From the NCBI GenBank assembly GCA_950097015.1, contig CATNEN010000039.1, positions 7,750,001-7,814,000 on the forward strand: DNA of 64,000 nt, given 5' to 3'. The notes under the pieces were generated by a model. The model had not been told where the DNA came from. It did not search any database and saw nothing but the letters and a program-made list of their open reading frames with translations. Positions 1 to 13,826 of the stretch are shown piece by piece; the stretch's first letter is position 1, and each line of letters begins with the position of its first letter. A program made the position numbers and the translations under genes. This stretch comes from Macrostomum hystrix (taxonomy: Eukaryota > Animalia > Platyhelminthes).

Positions 1-265
1 GTTTACTGTCTGCCCCAGACCGGTCTAGGCCGGGGTGGGGGGTTGGTTGTTGCCGTAGCTCAATTAGTTCACCATAGTTCACCGGAAAAGTTTATTTCAG
101 ATGTGGAATTTCACGAAAACTGGTCATTTAGTTTGTGAGCTATCGTGAAATATGCCGTGGTCTTTCCCCAAGCTAAAAATAGCGTTGTCTTTCTTCTGTT
201 AATGCATTCCTTGGTCAACACAACGATCGAAATTTGAGCTCAGCTACCAATTTTACTTTAATCAG

Positions 266-3200
266 GTCGAGCAGGGTGAGTCCAAGCAGCAGCCCGAGTC
301 AGTTGAAGATTCGAGCCCCTCGGAGGATGCACTGGTCAAGTCTCCGTCGATACGTGACGATGAGCGCATTGCTGTGGAAGTTGACGAGGAGCTCAGCGAA
401 GAAATGATCGAGTTTAACCAGGAGGAGTTTGACGATCTGGAGTACGCCGCGGAAGGCGGATGCGCGAAGAGAGTTGATGGCTGCATGCACGGCTTCCAGA
501 GTAAACTGTCTGCCGCCACGCCGGTGATAAAGTACATCCTGATTGCCCTGCTTGTGGCTGGATATTTCGCCTACTTCGGCTACGCAATGCACTGCAAATT
601 CGGCGACGAAGGCAGCCTCCGGCTGCTCTGGCTGACCTGCACCGTTGTCTTCTTTGTCGGCGTTTACTTCTTCAAGAGATTCTGGGGCGAGAAGTTCTAC
701 AATGCCGTGCTGGCAGCTCCCGCTGACGCCTGCAGCCGCTTCATTGACAGGCACTCCACCTTGGTGTACATTGTGGGAACAGTGGCGTTTCTCATCTATT
801 TCTTCGGAGTCATCATCGGCATCGGCAGTCAGAACAGCGGCAATTTGATCTCCGGCATCGGGGTCATCAGCATCATCCTCATCACGCTGATTCTTTCAGC
901 CCATCCAACCAGGGTGAGTTGGTCTATGGGGGACAATCCGTCATCCTCATCCTGATCAATCCATGATCCTTCAGGGCATCTATATGAGCCACTGATCCAT
1001 AAGGGCATATTTTTATAGCACCAATTTTCTTCAGCGTGTCGGTCATTAATGATTACTTATCATCTAAATGATGAGTCATTGCTTTATGCGATCATTGATC
1101 ATAAAAATCATCGAACTTATTTTTAGTGTTTTGTGTGGTCTTATCATTTGATAAGGCTGATGAAGTAAAGTACATCAAGCAGTGCCTCCCACGTATTTCT
1201 CTGTCCTATATGGGATTTGACAGGAGCTTTATCACACCCACACCGCGAAATAAATGCAGTGCTCTATTTTATCGAATTCACCCATTCCGGATGTCCTGGA
1301 TACACTTACAGATATACCCTCATCTGTGGCATCCATAATCATACTTACAATGAGCATATAACTGCCTCACAGACTGTCTGAAAGTCTTACGTAAGACCAA
1401 GCAGTCTAAAATTTTACGGGTAATTTACATAATCGTGTCCACGAGCTTAACGTCCTGTCTAACACCCTGAATAACAGTCTAATATAGTGTACAGTCTTAA
1501 ACGTGTCTAACAGTCTAAAATCATGTCTAGCAGTTTAACATCATGTCTAGCAGTCTAACATCATGTCTAACAGTCTAACATCATATTGAGCATTCTAACA
1601 TCATGTCTAGCAGTTTCACATCATGTCTAGCAGTCTAACATCATGTCTAGCAGTCTAACATCATGTCTAACAGTCTAACATCATGTCTAGCAGTCTAACA
1701 TCATGTCTAACAGTCTAACATCATGTCTAGCAGTCTAACATCATGTCTAACAGTCTAACATCATGTCTAACAGTCTAACATCATGTCTAACAGTCTAAAA
1801 TCATGTCTAGCAGTCTAACATCATGTCTAACAGTCTAACATCATATTGAGCATTCTAACATCATGTCTAGCAGTTTCACATCATGTCTAGCAGTCTAACA
1901 TCATGTCTAGCAGTTTAACATCATGTCTAACAGTCTAACATCATGTCTAACAGTCTAACATCATGTCTAGCAGTCTAACATCATATTTAGCAGTCTAACA
2001 TCATATTTAGCAGTCTAACATCATGTCTAGCAGTTTCACATCATGTCTAGCAGTCTAACATCATGTCTAACAGTCTAACATCATGTCTAACAGTCTAACA
2101 TCATATTGAGCATTCTAACATCATGTCTAGCAGTTTCACATCATGTCTAACAGTCTAACATCATATTGAGCATTCTAACATCATGTCTAGCAGTTTCACA
2201 TCATGTCTAGCAGTCTAACATCATGTCTAACAGTCTAACATCATGTCTAACAGTCTAACATCATGTCTAACAGTCTAACATCATGTCTAGCAGTCTAACA
2301 TCATATTTAGCAGTCTAACATCATATTTAGCAGTCTAACATCATGTCTAGCAGTTTCACATCATGTCTAGCAGTCTAACATCATGTCTAACAGTCTAACA
2401 TCATGTCTAACAGTCTAACATCATGTCTAACAGTCTAACATCATGTCTAACAGTCTAACATCATGTCTAGCAGTCTAACATCATATTTAGCATTCTAACA
2501 TCATGTCTAGCAGTTTAACATCATGTCTAGCAGTCTAACATCATATTGAGCATTCTAACATCATGTCTAGCAGTTTCACATCATGTCTAGCAGTCTAACA
2601 TCATGTCTAACAGTCTAACATCATGTCTAACAGTCTAACATCATGTCTAACAGTCTAACATCATGTCTAGCAGTCTAACATCATATTTAGCAGTCTAACA
2701 TCATATTTAGCAGTCTAACATCATGTCTAGCAGTTTCACATCATGTCTAGCAGTCTAACATCATGTCTAACAGTCTAACATCATGTCTAACAGTCTAACA
2801 TCATGTCTAGCAGTCTAACATCATGTCTAGCAGTCTAACATCATGTCTAGCAGTCTAACATCATGTCTAGCAGTCTAACATCATATTTAGCATTCTAACA
2901 TCATGTCTAGCAGTTTCACATCATGTCTAGCAGTCTAACATCATGTCTAACAGTCTAACATCATGTCTAACAGTCTAACATCATGTCTAACAGTCTAACA
3001 TCATGTCTAGCAGTCTAACATCATATTTAGCAGTCTAACATCATATTTAGCAGTCTAACATCATGTCTAGCAGTTTCACATCATGTCTAGCAGTCTAACA
3101 TCATGTCTAACAGTCTAACATCATGTCTAACAGTCTAACATCATGTCTAGCAGTCTAACATCATGTCTAGCAGTCTAACATCATGTCTAGCAGTCTAACA

Positions 3201-6200
3201 CCATGTCTAACAGTCCAACATCATGTCTAACAGTCCAACATCATGTCTAACAGTCTAACATCATGTCTAGCAGTCTAACATCATGTCTAACAGTCCAACA
3301 TCATGTCTAACAGTCCAACATCATGTCTAACAGTCTAACATCATGTCTAGCAGTCTAACATCATGTCTAACAGTCTAACATCATGTCTAACAGTCTAACA
3401 TCATGTCTAGCAGTCTAACATCATGTCTAGCAGTCTAACATCATGTCTAGCAGTCTAACACCATGTCTAACAGTCCAACATCATGTCTAACAGTCCAACA
3501 TCATGTCTAACAGTCCAACATCATGTCTAACAGTCCAACATCATGTCTAACAGTCTAACATCATGTCTAGCAGTCTAACACCATGTCTAACAGTCTAACA
3601 TCATGTCTCACATTCTGTCTAACTCATCGAACCAAAGCCCAGCGATTCGCAATTCACTCTATTAGGTGAACTGGCGACCCGTGATGGGCGGCCTGACCAT
3701 CCAGATCACCTTCGCGGCGCTTCTGCTGCGCACCCAGCCGGGCTTCCAGGCATTCAGCTTCGTTGGCGACCGGGTGGCCGAGTTCATTCAGCACGTCGAC
3801 GCCGGCGCCGAGTTTGTCTTTGGAGAAAAATTCCGCGACCACTTCTTCGCATTTTCGGTTGAGTAGGGGCGAAGAGCACTTCTCAATCCCGGAGTTCCGA
3901 TTCTGGATCCCTAATAGTAGACTCCAGAATTCAGAATCCCCATGACAGAATCCCTTATCCGGAAATCCGAATCCCAATCCCTGAATCCCAATCCCTGAAT
4001 CCCAATCCCTGAATCCCAATTCCTGAATCACAATCCCTGAATCACAATCCCTGAATCCCAATCCCTGAATCCCAATCCCCAAATCCCAATCCAAAAGTCC
4101 ATAGAACCATTTTCAGAAATCCAGAATTCCCATCACAGAATCCAAATCCTGTCATCCCAATCCCAGAATTCTAATCCCAGAATCCCAATCCTGAAATCCC
4201 AATACCAGAATTCATATTCCAAAAGTCAAATCCCAGATTCAAAACCCACGGGATCTCAACCCAAAATCTCAATCCAGAAAACTCGATCCCAGAATCCCAA
4301 TCCTAAAGCCCATAAAATTAGACTCCCTACTCCAGAATCCCCATTCTAATCCAAGAATCCCAATCCCAGACTATTAGATATTTCAGTATCCCAAAATATT
4401 CTAAAAATCTAAAATCCTAAAACTTCGTACTCCGTCCTACATTATTTCTGGATGTAAAAGCTATTTGTGTAATTCCGACTGTCATGGCAGGTACTCTCCG
4501 TCATCGTGTTCTTCTCGTCCTTCATCGCCTTGTTATTCCACCTGGAAGTTCTCCAAGTGGTCATCGAGAAGCTGGGCTGGGTGATGCAGAAGGCGATGGG
4601 CACAACGTCAGGAGAGAGCCTAGTTGCCGCGGCTAACATTTTTATTGGCCAGGTGAGCCGATTGGTTGCTTCGAGATTCCTAAGTCCTAATCGCGAACCC
4701 AGATTCGAACCCGCAACCTATTTTATACTATCTGTAATAAAAGCTGGATGGAAATCGCTGTGGGAGATTCCAGTGTTCAGAGCCTCGAACTGTTAACTGA
4801 GAGGTCTTGAGTTCGAATCTCATGGACTGAACTGACTGTACATCTGGCACAACGGAGGTTAGATATAATAGTAATAATAGTAATAATAATCAATTGGACC
4901 TGCCCAAATGGGGTCACATGTGCAGACCTGAACAAGTGCAGATGAAGGCTCCGTACGGCTGTTCAGTCCATGGACTGGGCAGGACAATATGCTCACCCTC
5001 GATTAACAATTCAACAGCTGGGTGAACTGAAGCAGTGCATAGTAAAATGTCTCGCTAAAGAACACGAACTGTACCAGTGGATGTGGGAAACGAACCCCTG
5101 ACCGCGTAAGTCCACCACCCTAACCGCTAGGCTAAACCAACTGCTACTAAATGCATACAGTACAGTGATTTATCTATTGTACCGAATGAAGTACATATTA
5201 GCTACTATGAGTACAACATTCGCACCTTCCAGACGGAGGCGCCGCTGCTGATTCGCCCGTTCGTTGGCCGCATGACGAACTCCGAGCTGCACGCCGTCAT
5301 CACCTCCGGCTTTGCCACCATCGCTGGAGGAGTCCTGGCCGCGTACATCGGCCTGGGAGTGGAGGCCCGCCACCTACTCAGCGCGAGCGTCATGGTGGCG
5401 CCTGGGGCGCTCGCGCTGTCCAAGATCATGTACCCCGAGACCAAGAAGTCCAAGACAGACAGCGAGAGCATCAAAAGGGTAGCCACTGGTTCACTGTTTC
5501 ACAGGTTCACTGTTTCACTGGTTCACTGTTTCACAGTTTCACAGTTTCACTGGTTCACTGGTTCACTGGTTCACTGTTTCACAGGTTCACTGGTTCACTG
5601 GTTCACTGGTTCACTGGTTTACTAATTCAGAAATTCATCATTGACCGATTTACAATTGACCCGCAGGTAAAAATGGCCAACTACCGCAACGCCATCGATG
5701 CCATGGGCACAGGAGCCATTAACTCCATTCCTCTTGTCGGTGCAATTGCTGTTAACCTTATTGCATTCATTAGCATGCTTACGTTTTTAAATAAGACTCT
5801 CACCTGGCTGGGTCATAGAGCATGTCTCACGGTGGATCTCACGTTTGAGCTAATCTGCGGCTATCTATTCTGGCCAATCGCCTACGTAATTGGCATCAGC
5901 TCCATCGACTGTAGTCGTGTAGCCGAACTCATCGGTGTGAAGTTCTTCATTAACGAGTTTATCGCCTACCAGAGATTCAGTGAGTCCATCTTCTGAGCTA
6001 ACATGCGGTTCATATTTGCCTGGTCGATCGGCTATTCAAACTCTCAATAATTTCCGATTCCGCAGATGTGTACAGACAAAACTGGAGGCAGTTTCAGGCA
6101 CTAAATGCCACAGACTATTATTGGGAAGGCAACAATGTGATCCTACCTCACTCAAACACCACCTTGGTCGGCGGCCTGCTGTTTGAGGTATTGGCTGCTC

Positions 6201-7629
6201 ATTGGAGCATTTCTAAGAAACTGCTGGGTATTTTTAATTAGGCGGAATAATATTGTTTCCAATGGGATTCTGATGGTGGGATTCTTAGAAATGGGATTCT
6301 GCGGAGTGGGATTCTTAGAAATGGGATTCTGAGGAGTGGGATTCCAAGAAATGGGATTCTGAGGAGTGGGATTCTCAGAAGTGGGATGCCTATGAGTGGG
6401 ATTCTTAGAAATTGGATTCTGAGGAGTGGGATTCCAAGAAATGGGATTCTGAGGAGTGGGATTCTCAGAAGTGGGATGCCTATGAGTGGGATTCTTAGAA
6501 ATTGGATTCTGAGGAGTGGGATTCTAAAAAGTGGGATTCTGATGAGTGGGATTCTTGGAAATGGGATTCTGAGGAGTGGGATTCTGTGGAGTGGGATTCA
6601 GTGGAGAGGGATTCTGTGGAGTGGGATTTTGAGAAGTGGGTTTCTAACGAATGGGATTCTAAAGAGTGGGATTCTTAGGAAAGGGATTCTGAGGAGTGGG
6701 ATTATTAGAAAAGGAATTCTGAGGAGTGGGATTCTGAGGAGTGGGATTTTGAGCAGCGGTATTCTTAGTACCGCTGAACCTGTGAACTACCGAATTAATA
6801 GGCGTGGGATTATCACGAGCACGATTCTGAGGAGTTGGCTCTTAGGAGTGGGAAATCGACAGGAATTTTACGAGGGGAGTGGGATTCTTAATTTTGAATT
6901 TCAAGTTTTACCGACTGTTGGACAACATTTTTTTCGTTCGAATCAGGACCGCTCATTGACCATTGTGACCTATGCTCTGTGCGGCTTTGCCAACATTAGC
7001 TCAATCGGCATCCAGCTGGGCATGTTCTCAGTGCTGACACCGAAGCGCAAGAATGAAATTGTGCCTCTGGTGCTGCGGGGCGTCATCACGGGCACTCTGG
7101 CTAACCTGCTCACTGCCAGCATTGCCGGTGCGTGCTGGGCAATGGTCACGTGACCTTGCTTTACAGTAGTGTTTTTTGGAGGACTGCAGACCCGCATCTA
7201 TAGCCATAGACAGTGTCAAGGCAGTGTACATCTGCCTTGACTTTCTTAGAGCAAGGAAGTGTACACATTACACTGTAGTATCTCACCTAACCAAGGACCA
7301 CTAGAATAAGAAGCACATGATACTTCGTTTCTTGGAAAATTTATTGAAGGTTTAGTGTAAGTTTATTGCAATAATAACGTAGAGTTCTTTTAATCAGTAG
7401 GCTAAGCAATAGACTAATTTTATGTCTAAAAAATAGTTATTGTGCTTCATGATAAATTCATGAATACAAAATGAAGATAGGATCCTCACCTCATTATTCA
7501 TGAATGAAGCTTTCTAAAATTCGTTTACGAGCATTGGATCTGCTTCTAAGAAAAATTAATCAACAACTTTGTGTTTAAAAAGTTAAAAAATGCATTTCCC
7601 TTGCAGGAATTTTCTACAATCCGATCTGA
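266..7629 (+). CDS. Concentrative Na+/nucleoside cotransporter (SLC28/CNT family), multi-exon; start codon not identified
   Basis: GT-AG exons 266-913, 3666-3857, 4491-4652, 5233-5478, 5667-5979, 6066-6187, 6947-7127, 7607-7629 total 1887 nt, in frame. CNT motifs: [85 protein letters not shown]. Confidence 0.93.
1495..3610. repeat. Minisatellite, 20-bp unit CAGTCTAACATCATGTCTAR (~105 units), in CNT intron 1
   Basis: Directly visible 20-nt periodicity made of two related 10-mers, with recurring variant units (TCATATTTAG, CAGTTTCACA). Confidence 0.98.
3880..4380. repeat. Degenerate AATCCC/AGAATCCC-rich tandem repeat in CNT intron 2
   Basis: Repeated AATCCCAATCCCTG and AGAATCCCA motifs. Confidence 0.9.
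4880..5140 (-). mobile_element. Diverged copy of CORE-type tRNA SINE (family A)
   Basis: GGCTGTTCAGTCCATGGACTGGG...AACAGCTGGGTGAACTGAAGCA is the reverse complement of the family A copy at 16270. Confidence 0.75.
5485..5622. repeat. Short 9-bp tandem repeat (GGTTCACTG/TTTCACAG variants) starting next to a splice donor
   Basis: Visible periodicity directly after the donor at 5479. Confidence 0.9.
6260..6770. repeat. Minisatellite, 15-bp unit ~GAGTGGGATTCTGAG, in CNT intron 6
   Basis: 15-nt periodicity; produces the spurious GILRS ORF. Confidence 0.95.
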
Positions 7630-8325
7630 TTGCCTGGCTACTGTGTGCTAAAAGCTAGTCGGTTCTGAATGCAATGCTAAATAATTATGAAAGCAACGAA
7701 CAAAAATTAGCCAGAAGCAATTTTATTACTATTTCGCAATTAAATATCTTATTAAAATATCTGCGGCTCAATTCGAACACTAATGCTATAGCTAACGTCA
7801 TTTTATACTCGTATTTTGTCTAAGGAAAATTTTACTGAATTTTAATATTTTGCTTCAGATTTTTGCCTTTTCGCTAAGAATTTTTTTTTTAAATTAAGCT
7901 ATAAATTAGTTAGCTAATTTTGAACCGGTCTCCTTGTAAAACACAATTGGGTTGTATAATTAGTCATTTCCTATATCGGCTGGAACTTGAATCAGCCCTA
8001 CAAGTAGACCCAAATACAATACTCGTAAAGACGGTTTCAAGGAGTCTGTAGACATATTTCTATTCTTTTTTTCTGTAATAACATTTTGATTTTTTGAAAG
8101 TACACGAGTATTTGATATATACGAGCTACACTACATATTCAACGACTGCTAAACAACACAGGATGTTTACACGTCGCGATCTGGTGTTATTTTGTGATCT
8201 AGTTTTGTTAATGTATGCTTATAGCTCAGAATAAACATTCAGGTGAAATATATATTTTATGCATGTATGCATCTTTTACTGAATACTAAATTTTCATAAG
8301 TTTAAACTCTTCAAGCATCAGTATG

Positions 8326-8730
8326 TGAGGCACAGTCTAGTGTCAGATCTGAGACAGAGTCTAGTGTCAGATCTGAGACAGAGTCTAGTGTCAGATCTGA
8401 GGCACAGTCTAGTGTCAGATCTGAGACAGAGTCTAGTGTCAGATCTGAGGCACAGTCTAGTGTCAGATCTGAGACACAGTCTAGTGTCAGATCTGAGACA
8501 CAGTCTAGTGTCAGATCTGAGGCACAGTCTAGTGTCAGATCTGAGACACAGTCTAGTGTCAGATCTGAGACAGAGTCTAGTGTCAGATCTGAGACAGAGT
8601 CTAGTGTCAGATCTGAGACACAGTCTAGTGTCAGATATGAGACACAGTCTAGTGTCAGATCTGAGGCACAGTCTAGTGTCAGATCTGAGGCACAGTCTAG
8701 TGTCAGATCTGAGGCACAGTCTAGTGTCAG
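8326..8730. repeat. Minisatellite, 24-bp unit TGAGRCASAGTCTAGTGTCAGATC
   Basis: Directly visible tandem repeat. Confidence 0.97.
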
Positions 8731-9072
8731 CTCACTGGAACCCATTCATGCTCATACTGTCAGCTCACTGGAACCCATCCATGCTCATACTGTCAGCTCA
8801 CTGGAACCCATCCATGCTCATACTGTCAGCTCACTGGAACCCATCCATGCTCATACTGTCAGCTCACTGGAACCCATCCATGCTCATACTGTCAGCTCAC
8901 TGGAACCCATCCATGCTCATACTGTCAGCTCACTGGAACCCATCCATGCTCATACTGTCAGCTCACTGGAACCCATCCATGCTCATACTGTCAGCTCACT
9001 GGAACCCATCCATGCTCATACTGTCAGCTCACTGGAACCCATCCATGCTCATACTGTCAGCTCACTGGAACC
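8724..9072. repeat. Minisatellite, 33-bp unit TGTCAGCTCACTGGAACCCATCCATGCTCATAC
   Basis: About 10 near-perfect units fused to the 24-bp array and ending next to the LINE tail. Confidence 0.97.
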
Positions 9073-9083
9073 TAGGGAAATAA

Positions 9084-12000
9084 ATTATTATTATTATTAT
9101 TAAAACGCGCACGCCATCTATGGGTGCTGATTTTTTTTTAATATATATTTTTTAACAACACATTTAAATGAACAACGAAAAGCAACATAAAAAGCGAAGT
9201 TAAGTAGGAATCAAATATCGAGCTGGGAAGGGAAAGCAAAGGTATTAAAAATAAGAGCAGTAAAAACACAAGGGACGCCAGGGATAAAACAAATTATGAA
9301 ATATCTATTGTTGAATGCTAGTAAAATCTCGTAGTCTCAGGGCAGCTGTTCCCTTATTTTAGATATTTCTATGATGTATTTTGCTAAAGCTTCAGCGGTT
9401 TCCCTATCGTCTTGAGCCATTATGTAGTTAGATTTTTCTTCTGCTGTTAAGGATATGAAATTGGGGGTTTTCCCAGAAACTTCCGTCTCAAATTTCGAAC
9501 GTGCTGCGCTATACTTATTCCAAGTGCACTTAAAAAGGAAGTGGACCTCGTTTTCAACTTCTGTTTTGCACTTACTACATAATCTATTTACATACGGAAT
9601 TATCGGTCTCGCAGTTCGCAATGTTTCGCAAGCTAGCTTATGGTTTCCTAGTCTAAACGAGGCTATGGTACGTCTCAACTCCGGGTTGTATATTTGTTGT
9701 AAATATTTTTCGGCTGAATAATATTGCTTGAAGGAGTAATAGAAGTGACTTAGCTTGCTTGAGTTCTGTGTCCTTTGTCTCCAATGGGTATCGAACTGAG
9801 AAACGAAATTTTTCCTGTGGTTTCCAATTGCTTTTGCAGGACTAATGCCTCTGCAGTTCAGCATAACATCATTGTTGGTCTTTGCTTTGATTCCAACATC
9901 ACTGTATGTTTGGTCCGCCAATAACTTGGAAATTATGGAGTCCGGCCGGCTTGTTATGGAGGCCCAGTACGAAATGCTTCTTTTCTGGATGTTGTATAAT
10001 AAAGGCAATCTGCCTAACTCCGAGCGGGCCCCGTTGCCATCCGTATTTTGGCTGACTTGTAGTATGGCTTTACAGCACCTGATGTTTACTCTTTCAAAAA
10101 GACAGCGGTCCCAAGGACCCAGGTTCCACGAGACAAAAGCCCCCCAGGCCTCAGAGGCGTACAGAGCTATGCTTTCTATCATTGCTGTGCAGTACAGCAT
10201 GAGCTGATTGTATCTGACCGCCCCATGGCTGGCTAATTTCCTTAAGAGAAGAATAGGATATCCACATTTTTTGTTAATCTCTGTGGCATGGGAATCCACG
10301 GTTCCTTTAGCATTGATGTGAAAGCCAAGATATTTCCATTCTTTGACGCTATCTAACAGTTGTCCCTGCAGAAATAGTTTGTTAGCCGTCTTTGATGGGT
10401 CAGGGCAACAGCTAATAACCTTAGTTTTTTGCATATTGATTTCTAGCTTGTGGCTCTGACAAAATTCTGACACTTTATCGAGGCCCTTCTGCAACTCTCG
10501 AGGATTCTCTCCAAAGATCACTAAATCATCGCAGTATAGCAAGTTGTTGATTTGTTCATCTTTAATGAAGGTGTCGCTGCGAAATGAATCCCTTAGCATT
10601 GTGCTCAAAGGATCTATATAGAGTGAGAAGAGTAGAGGGGATAGGGGACAGCCTTGTCTTACTCCATTTGTTATGCTCCTTGCCTTAGTTGCTTGGCCAT
10701 CTGAGATCTTCAGTTGGAATTTAGCTCCTGAGTACATGCTTTGTATTGCTTCGATTATTTCTGGGCTGACCTTTAACTCCCTAAGTCGTTGGAAAAGTGT
10801 TGGATGGTGGACCATGTCAAATGCGCTTTTTAAGTCAAAGAACACTAAGTGAAATGGCCTTTTGCGACGCTTTTTGTTGTGGATCAACGTCAAGAGAGTG
10901 GCAATGTGGTCTGAAGTTCGGTAGCCCTTTCTATTTCCTATTTGACTGGCTGAAAGCAAGTCGAGGGTGCGAATATGAGTTTCTAGCTTTTCATAGATAA
11001 GTGAGGCAAACAGGCGAGCCAGGGCAGGCAGCACGCTTGTGGGTCTGTAGTTTTTGGGGTCACTACGGGAACCCTTTTTATAAATCGGTGTGATTAGGGC
11101 ATTTGACCACTGTGCAGGAGTCTGGCCGAGTCTTACGCTTGCGTTAAAAAGCTTCAGAAGTACGGGTTTTAGCTTCTCTTGTCCGTAGATAATGTGCTCA
11201 TTTGTTATACCATCTATTCCTGCAGCCTTTCTTCTCTTTAGCTTTTTAACTGCTCTATCGAGATCTACGCAGCTAATTAAATCTTCGGGACTAACTGCTT
11301 CATCTGTGCGATGCGGCTGGGTTCCCGAAGAAGGATGTGCGTTAAACACTTTGGTTAGGTTGTCCACGATGTCAGCGATTGGGGCTTGAGATCTGTTAAG
11401 TCTCCTGCTGGGGAACAGCAACTCTTCTGCTCTTCTAAGACCGGACCAGAATCCCTTTGAGGTTCCGTTAGCCGCCATTTTCTGAATGCAGTCATTTATG
11501 TCCATCTGCTTAAGTTTCTTGAGCTGTTGTTTGTATTTTTTCGCTAGCCCATTATATTCTGATGCCAGCGCGCTGTCAGTTGGTCTACGTCTTTTTTTCC
11601 TGGCCACGTACTTTAATGATTTGCTCAAGTTTCTTAGTGTCTCGTCTCGATTTGTCCAGAACTTGTTCGGAATGATTGTCTTTGCGCAGCTTTCTGCCAC
11701 TGAGTCTCTAAGCAGGTTGGTCAAGCTCGAGAACAAATTTTCCAGAGATTTTCCATCGTGTGCGTCGATAGATTGCAACTTTCTAATTATTTCTTCGCTT
11801 TGTTTGTTATTCAATGCCTCAATGTAACTTCCCTGCGTTTCAGTGTCCCATCTTGGAGGCATTGGGAAGGATTCATGTTTTTCCTGGTTTGCGTGTTCTG
11901 GTTGGACATGATCAGGAAAAATCAGAGTGACTGTTAGCGGGCAATGTCTTGACAGAAAGCTTTGAGGATGAATAAAGAAGTCTTTTATAATATCCACTTT

Positions 12001-12144
12001 ATCCATGGATGCAATAGCGTAGTCTATGGTACTTCGGCCTAGTGTGCTACTAAACGTGTAAGTTCCCATAATGTCACCCTGAGTCATTCCGTTCAGAATC
12101 GTGCTCTTGGTCTCGGAGCACATTTCCATCAGTCTTAATCCATG
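9084..12144 (-). mobile_element. Non-LTR retrotransposon (LINE, APE-RT-CCHC; RTEX-like), ORF starts mid-endonuclease
   Basis: ORF 9337-12129 (930 aa) has the C-terminal APE half (TF..GRSTIDY..SRHCP), RT motifs (KAAGIDGI, NYRPTS, FFDLKSAFDMV, GVRQGCPLSPLLF, YCDD, KYLG) and a C-terminal CxxC..HFLFKC zinc knuckle. 3' UTR ends in a (TAA)n tail at ~9084-9102. Clade assignment is tentative. Confidence 0.93.
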
Positions 12145-13826
12145 CTAAATGAATATATATCCATTAGATTTAAAGCCAATAAACTGTAGATATTGTGTTC
12201 ACTGAAAATTTTGTTGATTCACTAAATTTGTGTTCACTGCAAATTGAGCATCTGCTGTGAGGTAAGATGAGGATGCAGTGGTGCGTGAGGACACGGGGGT
12301 TGTAAGGTAGGACGAAAATGCCGAATGTCTTATCTGTAGTGCGATAAAAAAGTTTTTGAACTCGTCGATGTCGTAAGACATCGGAATTCAACCCGCTGAA
12401 ATGGGTAGAGGTTGGCACGGAAGCGGGTGTTGAGGCCGTTACTCGGTCTGTGCATGTGTGGGGCGATGCCAGGCGGGTTCCCATGGTCGGCACGGACCAG
12501 CAGCTCTTCCTGGAGCGTCCCGAGAAGGCAATCGCTGATCTACTGCGAAGCATGGGGCCGTCGATAACACCTCGACACTAGCGCCCCCCGTCCCTATCGG
12601 CACCGTTGTGCCGACTTGGACGTGGCCTGAAGAAGAAGAAGAAGTCTGTTTCGTTGCTTTGTGAAGGTGCACTTGTCTATGGCCTTTCTTGGCCAGCACC
12701 TCAGTGATGTCTGGATCGGAGGCAGCCAGCGATGAGCCAACGTTGAATTTTTAGATTCGTCAGACAAATTTACGTTTAGGAAATATTAACTTCTTGGCAC
12801 CATGACACCCACCCGTCCACGCGCTTGTCAGCCACAGCCAGCTAGGTCACTCCGAACAAAGTCCCGGACACCGCTGGGAATTAATTCTAATCTCATACTC
12901 ACATTTTGAGCAATAATGCTTTAATGCAAAGCAAATGCATTTTTGCTTTATTTATTCCGCATTTTAGCAATATTTCCACGCATCGGCAGTCTTCAAACGT
13001 TTACTTCAGTAGTAATTGTTAAATGTGCATTCATTAAATATACATTGTTACTATACAACTACAATAAATTGCTATAAAAATATTATAGCCATTACTAACG
13101 AACTTATTTACTAGTTACGAAGTTATTCTTACCGTACTATTACAATAGCAATGATAGGATAAGTACTACGTAGGTATAGCAGTGTACATTTACAACATAC
13201 AACGTACAACATTTACAACATACAAATGTACACGTACAACGTACAGTATTTCATGTGTTCGACGAATCACAGCCGTGCGCATACAAACAATACTCCAGGT
13301 AAATGCACTGAAAGCGGTTTGTACGGCTGTCAAATTGTAGACTGTTAATCAAACTTTTCGTGCTGCAAACAAATTTAAGCACACTAATTAAAAATACTTT
13401 TAAGATTCGAAACTGGCAAAAATAGTTATTTGTTGCCACAAATGCTAGTTTTGTGATGGGCATATCTAATATTAAAAAGTAGCCTTTTAAAAAGTATTTA
13501 TTTAAAAAATAAATAAGTAAATAACAAGTCGAAGATTTCGTGGCATAATTGTTTGTATAAACTGTATCAGCAAAACTTGCACTTAATGTTTTGTTTGAAT
13601 CTCAAAAAGTTTTGCATAATTCTGAAAGTTGATATTTCCTAGATTTTAAGACGTCTAGTTCAAATTCTATTCTGTTGTTAACGTAGGAATTTGTTCATTG
13701 GCCCATTATTACATCTGAGTTATCTAAAAGTTTTTTTCAATACTTAGACTTAAGTTAACCTCAGTTGCACCGACGAAAAATTCTGTGTATTATAGTTTAG
13801 CTATACTGTTTGATTGGTTTTTTGTC

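Noticed and set aside
3960-4100. Interstitial telomeric repeat
   Set aside because: The motif is AATCCC/GGGATT, not CCCTAA/TTAGGG; it is the mirror image of the telomere repeat.
6386-6946. (GILRS)n ORF, and similarly the repeat ORFs at 8311-9083, 20012-20539, 51233-52616 and 54448-54840
   Set aside because: These are translations of tandem repeats, often open in several frames.
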